The notes beneath the pieces are model-generated. The model had not been told where the DNA came from and did not search any database. It saw only the letters and a program-made list of their open reading frames with translations. From assembly GCA_964408365.1 (NCBI GenBank), contig CAYOZB010000001.1, forward strand, positions 2,157-66,156: a DNA stretch of 64,000 nucleotides, read 5' to 3'. Positions 19,524 to 28,715 of this stretch are shown piece by piece. The position numbers and the translations under genes are program-made. Within the stretch, counting starts at the first letter, position 1. The number at the start of each line of letters is the position of its first letter. Origin of the DNA: an uncultured Halobacteriales archaeon. Lineage in GTDB: Archaea; Thermoplasmatota; E2; JACPAO01.

Positions 19524-20660
19524 TTGGTCGAGATTCTCCACGTGTCGGACACACATCTCGGGTTCCAAGCCTACAGCTGCCTCACTCCCGATGGGTTCAA
19601 CCAACGCGAAGTCGACGCGCAAGACGCGTTTCGACGCACGATCGACAACGCAATCGCCAACCCGCCCGACGTCATCGTCCACTCCGGCGACCTTTTCGAC
19701 GTCGTCCGACCCTCGAACCGAGCCATCGCGTTCGCCCTGGAGCACGTGCGCCGCCTGAGCCAAGCCCAGATTCCTTTCGTCCTCGTCTCCGGAAACCACG
19801 AAGCCCCCCGTCTCCGGGAGACCGGCTGCATTTTCCGCATCTTCGATGGATTGCCAAACGTGTACTCCGTCTACCGCGGACAATACGAAGCCCTGACCCT
19901 CGACACCCGAGGCGGCCCGGTCACCGTGCACGGCGTCCCGCAGACGTTGGCCCAGGCCGACTTCTCGCAGGAATTGCTTCGCGCCGCACCCGCCGGTCCG
20001 GGCCAACAGATCCTCGTCGCCCACGGCACCGTCGCCGGCGTCGACGGTTTGTTCATGCACGAGCTCAACGAACTCACCATCCCCCACAACGCCCTCCGAC
20101 CTGACTACGACTACGTCGCCCTCGGACACTTCCACAACCACCGACGCATCGGCGACAATGCCGCGTACGCCGGCTCGACGGAACGCACCTCCTTCTCGGA
20201 AGCCCTGGAAGAGAAAGTGTTCCTGCGCGTCACCCTCAGCGGCGGCCTGCCCCGGATCAAAACGATCTCCAGCGAAGCCCGACCGATGCGGGACGCGGGA
20301 GTCCTGGATGCTTACGGCTTCGATTCGCGCCAAATCGCGGACGAGGCCGCCCAGCGATTGTCCGCCGTCACCCTGCCCGGCGCGATCGTCCGACTCAAAG
20401 TCGTCGGCATGGAACCCTCGACCCTACGGACCCTGGACGTCGAAGCGGTCAAAGCGGCGGCAAGCAACGCCCTGCACGTCGACCTGCGGTTCGAACCCCG
20501 CATGGACGAACACGCCACCCAATCGGTGCCGGAACTGGGATCCATGGAAGCCGAACTCGACGCGTTCCTCTCCACGCGACCCATCGTCGGCATCGACCGA
20601 GAACTCGTTGCGGCCCAGGCCCGGATCTATTTGCGCGGGGAGGCCGACCGTGCGGCTTAA
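19524..20660 (+). CDS. mre11: Mre11 (SbcD-like) nuclease
   Basis: SDTHLG, GDLFD, GNHE, ALGHFH and YAGS motifs. Confidence 0.93.
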   Translation: MVEILHVSDTHLGFQAYSCLTPDGFNQREVDAQDAFRRTIDNAIANPPDVIVHSGDLFDVVRPSNRAIAFALEHVRRLSQAQIPFVLVSGNHEAPRLRETGCIFRIFDGLPNVYSVYRGQYEALTLDTRGGPVTVHGVPQTLAQADFSQELLRAAPAGPGQQILVAHGTVAGVDGLFMHELNELTIPHNALRPDYDYVALGHFHNHRRIGDNAAYAGSTERTSFSEALEEKVFLRVTLSGGLPRIKTISSEARPMRDAGVLDAYGFDSRQIADEAAQRLSAVTLPGAIVRLKVVGMEPSTLRTLDVEAVKAAASNALHVDLRFEPRMDEHATQSVPELGSMEAELDAFLSTRPIVGIDRELVAAQARIYLRGEADRAA

Positions 20661-23130
20661 CCGACTGCGACTCGTCAATTACCGCCGATTCGCGGACGCC
20701 GAAGTCGAATTCCCCGACGGCCTCATCGGCATCGTCGGCCGAAACGGGGCCGGCAAGTCCTCCATGCTGGAATCCGTTCTTTGGGCCCTCTTCGGGCACG
20801 AAGCGGCACGGACCAACAAAGAACTCGTCAAACGCCAAGCCGCCGCCCCCGGCGAAGACGTAGTCGTCCGTCTCGAATTCGAGATCGAGGGCATCCAACA
20901 CACAATCACCCGCCGTTTGCGCGGCCGGTCCTTGCAACCCGAGGCGGCCGTCGAATCGGCCGGCGTCCTCGTCGTCGCGCCCGGGCCGAATTCCTGGGAG
21001 CAGGCCAACCTACTCATTATGCGCATCCTCGGCTTCGACCGCTCCTCCTTCGAATCCACCGTCGTCGCCAAACAAGGCGAACTCGCCGCCCTCTCCGAAT
21101 TGCGACCCGCCCAGCGAAAAAAAGTCCTCCTGGGACTCCTCGGCATCGACCGCATCGACCACGCGGTCCAACACGCCCGCTCCGACGGAAGGATCCTCGA
21201 CGCGCGCCTCGGCGAGGCCCGCCGGTCCTTGACGGACGAGGATGCGCTGCGCGCCGAACTCAAGACCACCGACAACGAGCTCGCCATCGCGAAGGCGGCA
21301 CTCTCGAAGGCCGAGACGGACGCCGACGCGACCCGGCGCCGCCTCGGGGGCGTCCAACATGCTGCCGACGACCTCCTCGCTCGAAAGATCAAGGACCAAG
21401 AACTCCGCATCCGACTCCAAGCCCTCCAGTCGCGACTCGAATCCATCTGGGGTCAACGCACGCGACTCGGGGCCGAAGCCCATCTGGCCCGCGAACGCAT
21501 CGCCCAAGCGCCCGAACTGCGTTCTAGACTCGGAACGTTGGGCGATCTCGACGAGCGCGTCGTGACGTTCGAACGGCTTCGGAACCAAGTCGCGCGGCGG
21601 GCGGAACTTTCGGGTCGGCACACCCGGGCCGCCGCCGAGTTCGCCGCCCTTTCGCAATCAACGCCCCCATCGTTCGCGCCCATGGAAGCAGACGTCCGCG
21701 CCCGAGTGGCGAAACTCCAGCGGGAAACCGACGAAATCTCGACCTCGCAGGGCCGGCTCGAAGCAGAGCGCGCCGGGTTGACCACCGTCCTCGCCGAGGC
21801 AAAACCGACCGCCTTGGACCGCTCGCCCGAATGGACCGCCGACGACTGCTGCCCGACCTGCGGACGCGAACTTGCCGACGCGGCCGACCGCCTTCGCCAC
21901 CAATTCCAAGAAGCATTGCAAACGTGGGACGCGTCTCGCCAGACCCTCAAGGCGCGCCTCAACGCCGTAACGACGGAACTGGCTGACTTGGCCGCTCGTC
22001 GCCGGAAAAACGCATCGGAACGAACCAAGACCGAAGCCGCCCTCCGAACGCTGCAACAGAACGCCACGGCGGACGCGGTCCGACAGGCACGACTCGCCCG
22101 GCTCGAACAAGACGTCGCAGAACTCGCGGGGCAGGTCGCTGCCCTTCCCGAACCCGAGTTTGATCCTGCGGAACACGAACGCCTCCTGGTTGCCCGCGCG
22201 GAACGCGACAATTTGCGCGACGCAGTCTCACGCATCGAGGAAACGGAGCGCCGATTATCCCGAATGCAGGACGAAGACCGACTCCTTGCCGCCCAAGAAC
22301 AAGAAATCATCCGCGACCGGGAGACCTCCAGCCGTGAACTCCGGACGCTGACCTACGAGGCTGGATCGTGGGAGAGGACACACGCGGAAGCCGAAACGTT
22401 GCGCCAGCGCGCGGAAGCCGCCGAACGCGACATGATCCAATGGCGCGAACGCTGTGAGGCCCGAACCCGCCAACGAACCCGCATCACGGAAGCCCTTGCA
22501 AAACTCGACGGACGCCGGAAAGAGGTCAAGGAACTCGAAGAAGGCCTTCGGTTGTTGGAGATCCTCGCGGCCCGACGCGGCGAAGACGGCCTCCTGCCCG
22601 AGTTCCGGACCCACCTCATCGGCCGACTACGGCCCGCCTTGAGCCGCGCCGCGGGCCAACTCTTGGGCCAAATGACCCAAGGAACGTACGCGGACCTTGT
22701 CCTCGACGAGGAATATGGGGCCTCGCTCTTCGACAATGGAGTCTCCCATCCCCTCGAACGATTCTCCGGCGGAGAAGTCGACATCTGCAACCTTGCTCTT
22801 CGCCTTGCGGTGAGCGAACTGGTCGCGAACGCCCGGGGCCGAAGCCGACTCCAGTTCATCGCCCTCGACGAAGTCCTCGGGTCACAAGACGAGGAGCGGC
22901 GTGGCCTGATCCTCGTCGCGTTGAACTCGTTGGCGAACGTGTTCCGCCAGGTCTTCGTCGTGACGCACACGGAAGACATCCGCGAACGGCTCGAACATGT
23001 CCTTCGCGTGGAAGACGCGGGAGATGGAACGAGCCGGTTCGTCACGACGTGGGACTCCAGCCCGCCGCGGCCTCCCGAGACCTTGCCGAAGGCGCCCGAG
23101 ACGACGTTGCTGGCGCCTGCACGCGCATAA
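20650..23130 (+). CDS. rad50: Rad50 (SbcC-like) ATPase
   Basis: GRNGAGKS, Q-loop, coiled coils, CPTC zinc hook, FSGGE, LDE and TH; GTG start overlaps mre11. Confidence 0.93.
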   Translation: MRLNRLRLVNYRRFADAEVEFPDGLIGIVGRNGAGKSSMLESVLWALFGHEAARTNKELVKRQAAAPGEDVVVRLEFEIEGIQHTITRRLRGRSLQPEAAVESAGVLVVAPGPNSWEQANLLIMRILGFDRSSFESTVVAKQGELAALSELRPAQRKKVLLGLLGIDRIDHAVQHARSDGRILDARLGEARRSLTDEDALRAELKTTDNELAIAKAALSKAETDADATRRRLGGVQHAADDLLARKIKDQELRIRLQALQSRLESIWGQRTRLGAEAHLARERIAQAPELRSRLGTLGDLDERVVTFERLRNQVARRAELSGRHTRAAAEFAALSQSTPPSFAPMEADVRARVAKLQRETDEISTSQGRLEAERAGLTTVLAEAKPTALDRSPEWTADDCCPTCGRELADAADRLRHQFQEALQTWDASRQTLKARLNAVTTELADLAARRRKNASERTKTEAALRTLQQNATADAVRQARLARLEQDVAELAGQVAALPEPEFDPAEHERLLVARAERDNLRDAVSRIEETERRLSRMQDEDRLLAAQEQEIIRDRETSSRELRTLTYEAGSWERTHAEAETLRQRAEAAERDMIQWRERCEARTRQRTRITEALAKLDGRRKEVKELEEGLRLLEILAARRGEDGLLPEFRTHLIGRLRPALSRAAGQLLGQMTQGTYADLVLDEEYGASLFDNGVSHPLERFSGGEVDICNLALRLAVSELVANARGRSRLQFIALDEVLGSQDEERRGLILVALNSLANVFRQVFVVTHTEDIRERLEHVLRVEDAGDGTSRFVTTWDSSPPRPPETLPKAPETTLLAPARA

Positions 23131-23175
23131 CCGTCGATGCGAGGGTTCTAACCGGTTTCGCCGTTTCCGGGGCCC

Positions 23176-24555
23176 GTGTTCGAGGGCCTCCTCAAGAAAT
23201 CGCTCCAGGAAGGAGCGACGTACGCCGATCTTCGTCATCAGACCATTTCGACGCACGGGTTGGAGATGCGCAACGGCAAGATCGAGCGCGCGATCGGCGG
23301 CAAGGAAGAAGGCATCGGCATCCAAGTCCTGTACAAAGGAGGCTGGGGATTCTATGCGACGAACGTCGCCACCATCGCAGCCCTCGACGACGCGTTGCAG
23401 AGCGCGTTGACTTCCGCGAAGGCCGCGGCGAAGCACATCGGCGAGAGGAACAAGCTCGCCGACGACGAGGCCCGGACGGCGACCGTGTTGTGGAAGCCGA
23501 AGAAGAACCCGGACGACGTGGACGCGAAGGACAAAGAAGAGGTGGTCCGGATCATGCACGGCGCGGTCAAGGAGCAAAAAGAGGTCAAGAGCACGACCGG
23601 CTCCTATGGCGACCGCACAACGCACCAGGTCTTCTACAACTCCGAGGGCGCCCACGTCGAGACGCAGGTGACCCGAAGTGTCGCCCAGGTGCATTTCATC
23701 GCGCGCGCCGAGGGTCGCGTCACGAGTCGCCGGATCCGCGTCGGCGCGGCTGCCGGCTTCGAACTCTTTACCGACGTCGACGTGGAGAAAAAGGCGCGAG
23801 AGGCGGCCGAATCCACGATCCGACTCCTTCGCGCCCCGGCGGCTCCGAGCGGCCGGATGACCGTCGTGACGGATCCAGAACTCACGGGAGTGTTCTCCCA
23901 CGAAGCCGTGGGCCACGCCTCCGAAGGCGATTTGGTCGCGGCGGGCGAATCCTGCCTTGAAGGAAAGATCGGGCAAAAGATCGGTTCTGAGCTCGTCACA
24001 TTGGTCGACGATGGTACCATCAAGGGCTCCTTCGGCTCGGCCCCGTACGACGATCATGGGGTCCCCATGCAGCGACGCGTCCTCGTCGAGAACGGCGTGT
24101 TCAAACGGTACCTCACGGACCGCGTCGCCGGCGGCAAACTTGGGTTCCGCTCGACCGGCTCCGCCCGCGCCGAGTCATACAGTTCGCGGCCGTTGGTCCG
24201 GATGACGAACACGTTCATCGAGAAAGGCGACCTTTCCTTCGACGAACTGGTCGCGGACGTCAAGGACGGCGTCTACGCCGTCGGAAGCCGCGGCGGCCAG
24301 GTCGACACCGCCAAGGGATCGTTCCAGTTCTCCGCCCAGGAAGCATATCGGATCCGCAAGGGCCGCATCGTGGGACCGCTTCGGGACGTGAGCCTGACTG
24401 GGTTCACGTTGGAAACCTTGTCGAACATCGACGGGGTGTCCAAGGAATGGGCCCTCGGCGACCCTGGCTACTGCGGCAAAGGCCAATACGTGCCCGTCGG
24501 GGACGGCGGACCGCATCTTCGCATCCGCAACGCGATCGTGGGAGGCACGGCATGA
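23176..24555 (+). CDS. tldD: TldD metalloprotease subunit
   Basis: HEAVGHxxExD, RMTNT and CGK motifs. Confidence 0.93.
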   Translation: MFEGLLKKSLQEGATYADLRHQTISTHGLEMRNGKIERAIGGKEEGIGIQVLYKGGWGFYATNVATIAALDDALQSALTSAKAAAKHIGERNKLADDEARTATVLWKPKKNPDDVDAKDKEEVVRIMHGAVKEQKEVKSTTGSYGDRTTHQVFYNSEGAHVETQVTRSVAQVHFIARAEGRVTSRRIRVGAAAGFELFTDVDVEKKAREAAESTIRLLRAPAAPSGRMTVVTDPELTGVFSHEAVGHASEGDLVAAGESCLEGKIGQKIGSELVTLVDDGTIKGSFGSAPYDDHGVPMQRRVLVENGVFKRYLTDRVAGGKLGFRSTGSARAESYSSRPLVRMTNTFIEKGDLSFDELVADVKDGVYAVGSRGGQVDTAKGSFQFSAQEAYRIRKGRIVGPLRDVSLTGFTLETLSNIDGVSKEWALGDPGYCGKGQYVPVGDGGPHLRIRNAIVGGTA

Positions 24556-25916
24556 GCGCGGGAAACCTCCTTCGCACGGCTGAGAAAATCGTCGCCTATG
24601 CGACGCGGCACGGAGCGGACGTCGCGGAAGCGTTCGTCGAACGCAGCAACAGCGGCACGGTGCGCATCGAGAAGAACCACGTCGGCGGGATCGAGGCCGA
24701 CACCACGTACGGGATCGGATTGCGGATCGTGAAGGACAAACGCGTCGGGTTCTCGCATCTCACGAGCGAGGAAGACGTGGCGGCTGCGTTGAAGGACGCG
24801 TTGGGGAATGCGAAGCTCGCCAAGCGGTTGCCGGCCTTTGCGCTTCCTTCGTCCAACAAGATGCCGCGCATCTCCGGGATTTTCGACCCGAAGATCGCAG
24901 CACTCTCCGGGCCGGACATCATCGAGCTCTCCATGGAAATGGTGCGCGGCGCCCACGATGTGCGCGCCGGCCTCAACGTCACCGAAGCGGGGGCCTCTTT
25001 CGGTCAGATGGAGAACGCCATCGCGAACTCCGAAGGGCTTGCCGTCTCGAGCCGCGAGACGAGCATCGGGGCAAGCTGTTTCGTCGTCCAAAGCCAAGAA
25101 GGGATCTCGACCGGGTCCGCGAACCGTGAATCCACCCGTTTGAACCTCAACACGAAGAAGCTCGGCGCCGAAGCCGCGCAACTTGCTCTCGATGGGCGAA
25201 AGCCGAAGAAACTGGAAGGAGCCGGTCGACGCATCTTGGTGTTAAAGCCGGATCCTGCCGCCGACTTGATCGGTACCTTGACCGTGCCGTCCCTCTACGG
25301 AAGATCGGCGATGCGCGGCGAATCCTTCTACTCCAAGAAGGTGGGCAAGAAAGTGGCGCATTCGAAGATCTCGTTGATCGATGATCCCACCGTAGAGAAC
25401 GGGTTGGGTTCGTCGCCGTTTGATGACGAAGGCGAGGTCAGTCGACCGTTCTTCGCGATCAAGAACGGCGTCCTCAAGACGTTCCTCTTTGACCGCAGCG
25501 CGGGCGCGGAGTTCAAGAGCAAACCCACTTCGTCCGCGTTGCGCGTCCACCCGTTTGATGGTCGCAGTTACAAGAGTCCCCCGGGCATCAGCGCGCGAAA
25601 CGTCCGATTGGGAGCCCCCTCACGGGCGACTGAGAGCCTCATCGCCGGCGTGGACGATGGTCTTCTCGTGCACGACCTTATGGGAGTCCATACGGCGAAC
25701 ACCGTGAGCGGCGATTTCAGCGTCACGTCGACCGTCCTGTTTCGGATCATCAAGGGGTCCGTCGAAGGCCCCGTCGAGCCGGTTTCCGTCGCCGGGAACC
25801 TCCACCAAGCCTTGCGGGAAGGGCTCGTATTGGGTGACGACCTTAAGCAGACGTCCGGGGAAGCCGTGATCGAGATGCCGAGCACGCGGTTCGAGTCCTT
25901 CACCGTCACGCCCTAA
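24552..25916 (+). CDS. pmbA: PmbA/TldE subunit
   Basis: FDDEG, SGDFS and VAGN; lacks HExxxH; ATGA overlap with tldD. Confidence 0.9.
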   Translation: MSAGNLLRTAEKIVAYATRHGADVAEAFVERSNSGTVRIEKNHVGGIEADTTYGIGLRIVKDKRVGFSHLTSEEDVAAALKDALGNAKLAKRLPAFALPSSNKMPRISGIFDPKIAALSGPDIIELSMEMVRGAHDVRAGLNVTEAGASFGQMENAIANSEGLAVSSRETSIGASCFVVQSQEGISTGSANRESTRLNLNTKKLGAEAAQLALDGRKPKKLEGAGRRILVLKPDPAADLIGTLTVPSLYGRSAMRGESFYSKKVGKKVAHSKISLIDDPTVENGLGSSPFDDEGEVSRPFFAIKNGVLKTFLFDRSAGAEFKSKPTSSALRVHPFDGRSYKSPPGISARNVRLGAPSRATESLIAGVDDGLLVHDLMGVHTANTVSGDFSVTSTVLFRIIKGSVEGPVEPVSVAGNLHQALREGLVLGDDLKQTSGEAVIEMPSTRFESFTVTP

Positions 25917-26083
25917 TCCTGGCTCGAAGGGCATTGAAAAGCGATCAACCACGGGTCCCCCGTACACCGCGGCGGGTCGTGAAGCGCGCAACGCTTACCG
26001 ACCCGCCGCGCAAGTTTGGGGATGCGGCTAAGGGAGCGGCCAGGCCATCTGCTTCAACCCCCCTCGCAGCCGCATGCAGGCTT

Positions 26084-26413
26084 CTACCCGATGCAGCCGC
26101 CGTCGTAGTCGTTCTCGTCGCCGACGTCGGAGGTGACGACGTGGGCTGCCCAACAGGCGCGGTCGGCTCCGATGTTGGTCAACCAGCTGAGCACTGCGAG
26201 TCCAAAGTCTGCGACGCAAAGTGCCTCGTTGACGACAAGGTCGACGGGAGAACCTGACCAGCACGGCGGCTCTCCCGTGGCAGGGACATCGGGCGAATCG
26301 GGGGCATCGTGCGGCGTGTGAATCGGATGTGCCGTAACAGACGGCAAGCCGAGGACGGCCGCTGTTAGAATCGCGATTCCTACCCACATCTTTCGATTGG
26401 TGGTTGGTGCCAC
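26084..26413 (-). CDS. Small secreted Cys-containing protein
   Basis: Signal-like 'MWVGIAILTAAVLGLPSVTA' and 4 Cys. Confidence 0.55.
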   Translation of the reverse strand: MAPTTNRKMWVGIAILTAAVLGLPSVTAHPIHTPHDAPDSPDVPATGEPPCWSGSPVDLVVNEALCVADFGLAVLSWLTNIGADRACWAAHVVTSDVGDENDYDGGCIG

Positions 26414-26513
26414 GGCGCCCCCGGGTTACCATCGGGATATCTAGTCTTCCGCGACCAACCTGGCACCCGGGAGGGAACACATATGAATTCCTTATTGAAC
26501 CTCTGAACGTAGG

Positions 26514-27521
26514 ATGGCAACCGAACCCAGAATTGCCCGGGCAGCTCCGGTTGTGCTGATTCTTGTCGCGGCAGCTCTTCTTTCTGCGGGCTGTCTCGAA
26601 CGCGATGCAGACGGGTTGCCGGGCCAGAATGATCCCCGTCGGGCCGGCAAGGCCGCCGCGGCTGAGCACGTTTTGAGTTCAGCGGATGCGCTAGACATTA
26701 GAGAAGGGGATCTGATGGACATCCACCTCCGTGGCGTCGGATGGGGCCGGCTCGTCATTCGGACTCAGGTTCCGACGACCGTCAACATTACGGTGTCCCA
26801 TTCCGAAATCGATCTGGAGAATCCCACTGGCCCGGCGCAGGGGAAGTACGACGAACGAAATCATACTCAAGTTTACTTCTTCCCTGACGGGGGCGCTCCG
26901 ACCGAGCCCAACTCCTTCCTATTTGAATGGCTCGGGCTCCCTCGCAACGCTTCGAGGGGCTTTGTTGGCGCCGCCCGCGGTTCGCTCGAGGTCACTCCCG
27001 AAAATCCAGGAGTCATCGTCGTCGCCACGTCTGTTCAAGGCTACCGAATTGAGCTCCAAGCCGGCGTGGCATCAAGTTTTCTGTCCCGCGACTGGAAACT
27101 TGCCCCTCACGAGGGGTACGCCTTTGAGGTTCCCACTCCATCCATCACCGCAGCGGTCGATGACGACTTGGCCCGCGTGAGCGTTGTTCGTGATTGGACG
27201 ACGGGAAGCCTCGACCTTAACCCGTCTCTTTTGATCGCTTTCCAATGGACGATAAGCGGACCTGATTCGTTCTCCGCGGGCGTAATCCGCAATGAACTTG
27301 CTATCCGCGAGCAGCGCCCGGCCGATGATCCGCGACGTGGACTGAGCATCGACGCCCCGAACACGCCGATTGTCTCCGTGAGTGGAGGATCGTTTTTCCT
27401 ACGACGGATCGTGGCCGAGCCGACGACGTTGGAGATGTATCGTCATCTTGAGGTCACGACTGTGGGCCCGGACACCCAAATCTACGGCGCCTCGTTCCTT
27501 TCCATACCTCTTTACCCCTAA
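26514..27521 (+). CDS. Hypothetical lipoprotein
   Basis: LLSAGC lipobox; 335 aa; GC looks lower than the flanks. Confidence 0.7.
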   Translation: MATEPRIARAAPVVLILVAAALLSAGCLERDADGLPGQNDPRRAGKAAAAEHVLSSADALDIREGDLMDIHLRGVGWGRLVIRTQVPTTVNITVSHSEIDLENPTGPAQGKYDERNHTQVYFFPDGGAPTEPNSFLFEWLGLPRNASRGFVGAARGSLEVTPENPGVIVVATSVQGYRIELQAGVASSFLSRDWKLAPHEGYAFEVPTPSITAAVDDDLARVSVVRDWTTGSLDLNPSLLIAFQWTISGPDSFSAGVIRNELAIREQRPADDPRRGLSIDAPNTPIVSVSGGSFFLRRIVAEPTTLEMYRHLEVTTVGPDTQIYGASFLSIPLYP

Positions 27522-27625
27522 AGGGCAACGGCGGGGAATCCCTGGGCGATAAGTAAGAGGCGCGTGCAAGCGGCCCCCGCCCCTCGGGGCAAGGTTTTCA
27601 ACAATAGCGGTCATCGGCACGCCGA

Positions 27626-28711
27626 ATGGGGGGAACTCAGCCAGTGGCCGCGCCCGCCAAGGGGCTCTCGTTGGAGACCCCCGAAGCGGCTCCAACCGAG
27701 GCGCTGCGCGTCGACCTCCCCCCGATGCGGAACGGGCACGGTCGTCGGATCGCGAGCCTGCCCGAACTGCGCGCCCTCACCGACCGATCGATCAGGTCGG
27801 TCGACTTGCACCTCGGGCCTCTTCGACGTGTCCCGACGAGTGTCTGGTTTCCCGAACTCCAACGCGCGTTGCGCCCAGCCGGGTTTGCCCACATCGTGCT
27901 CCAAAACGGGAGTGGTGGCGAAGTCCGTTCGATGATGCGCGAAGCGTCGCACTATTTCGACGCGGAACGCACGGGGTCGAGTTCGTTCCTAGTCACGCGA
28001 CGACCGACCTCGGCGACCGCGGACCACTTCGAAGAGCTCGCCGGACACTACTGGTCCCAGATCCCAGTCCACATCCAGGAACATTTCCTCAACCGCAAAC
28101 TCGCGCTCCTTGGCGAACTTGTGCAACCTCTGGAGGGAACCGTCGGCTTGGACCTGGGTTGCGGCGTGGGACGGTTTGCCGCCGAACTCCGTCGCCGATA
28201 CAATGCCAACGTCGTCGGCGTCGATCCGTCGCGAGCGGCCGTGCGGGAAGCGCGTGAGCACGACGCGTCGGGCCGGTTCGCGAGCGCGGACGCGTTGCGG
28301 CTGCCGTTTGGGGACGAATCGTTCCATTACGCGTACACGATCAATGTCCTTCACCACCTCAAGCGTGGCGAGCAGGAACGCGCGTTGGCGGAGTTGCATC
28401 GCGTCATCAAACCGGGCGGGGTCTTGATCGTGCATGAGATGAACATCCGGAACCCGTTGTTTGCGTGGTACCTGCGCAAACTGTACCCGAAGATCCGTCC
28501 GATCGACAAGGGCGACGAGGAGTTCATCCACCCCGATTCGTGGCCGCTTGCGCCGGGCTGGAAGCGGGAGACGACGCGGTACATGACCTTCGTGCCGGAT
28601 TTCCTTCCACGTGCGTTGCTTGCGCCCGCACGGAAGATCGAAACATTCTTGGAAAACGGCCGCGGCGCGCCGTACTCGGCCCATTACGTGGTCGCATTGC
28701 GCAAGTCGTGA
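27626..28711 (+). CDS. Class I SAM-dependent methyltransferase
   Basis: LDLGCGVG, GVDPS, LPFGDESF, VLHH and KPGG motifs. Confidence 0.9.
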   Translation: MGGTQPVAAPAKGLSLETPEAAPTEALRVDLPPMRNGHGRRIASLPELRALTDRSIRSVDLHLGPLRRVPTSVWFPELQRALRPAGFAHIVLQNGSGGEVRSMMREASHYFDAERTGSSSFLVTRRPTSATADHFEELAGHYWSQIPVHIQEHFLNRKLALLGELVQPLEGTVGLDLGCGVGRFAAELRRRYNANVVGVDPSRAAVREAREHDASGRFASADALRLPFGDESFHYAYTINVLHHLKRGEQERALAELHRVIKPGGVLIVHEMNIRNPLFAWYLRKLYPKIRPIDKGDEEFIHPDSWPLAPGWKRETTRYMTFVPDFLPRALLAPARKIETFLENGRGAPYSAHYVVALRKS

Positions 28712-28715
28712 ACCA

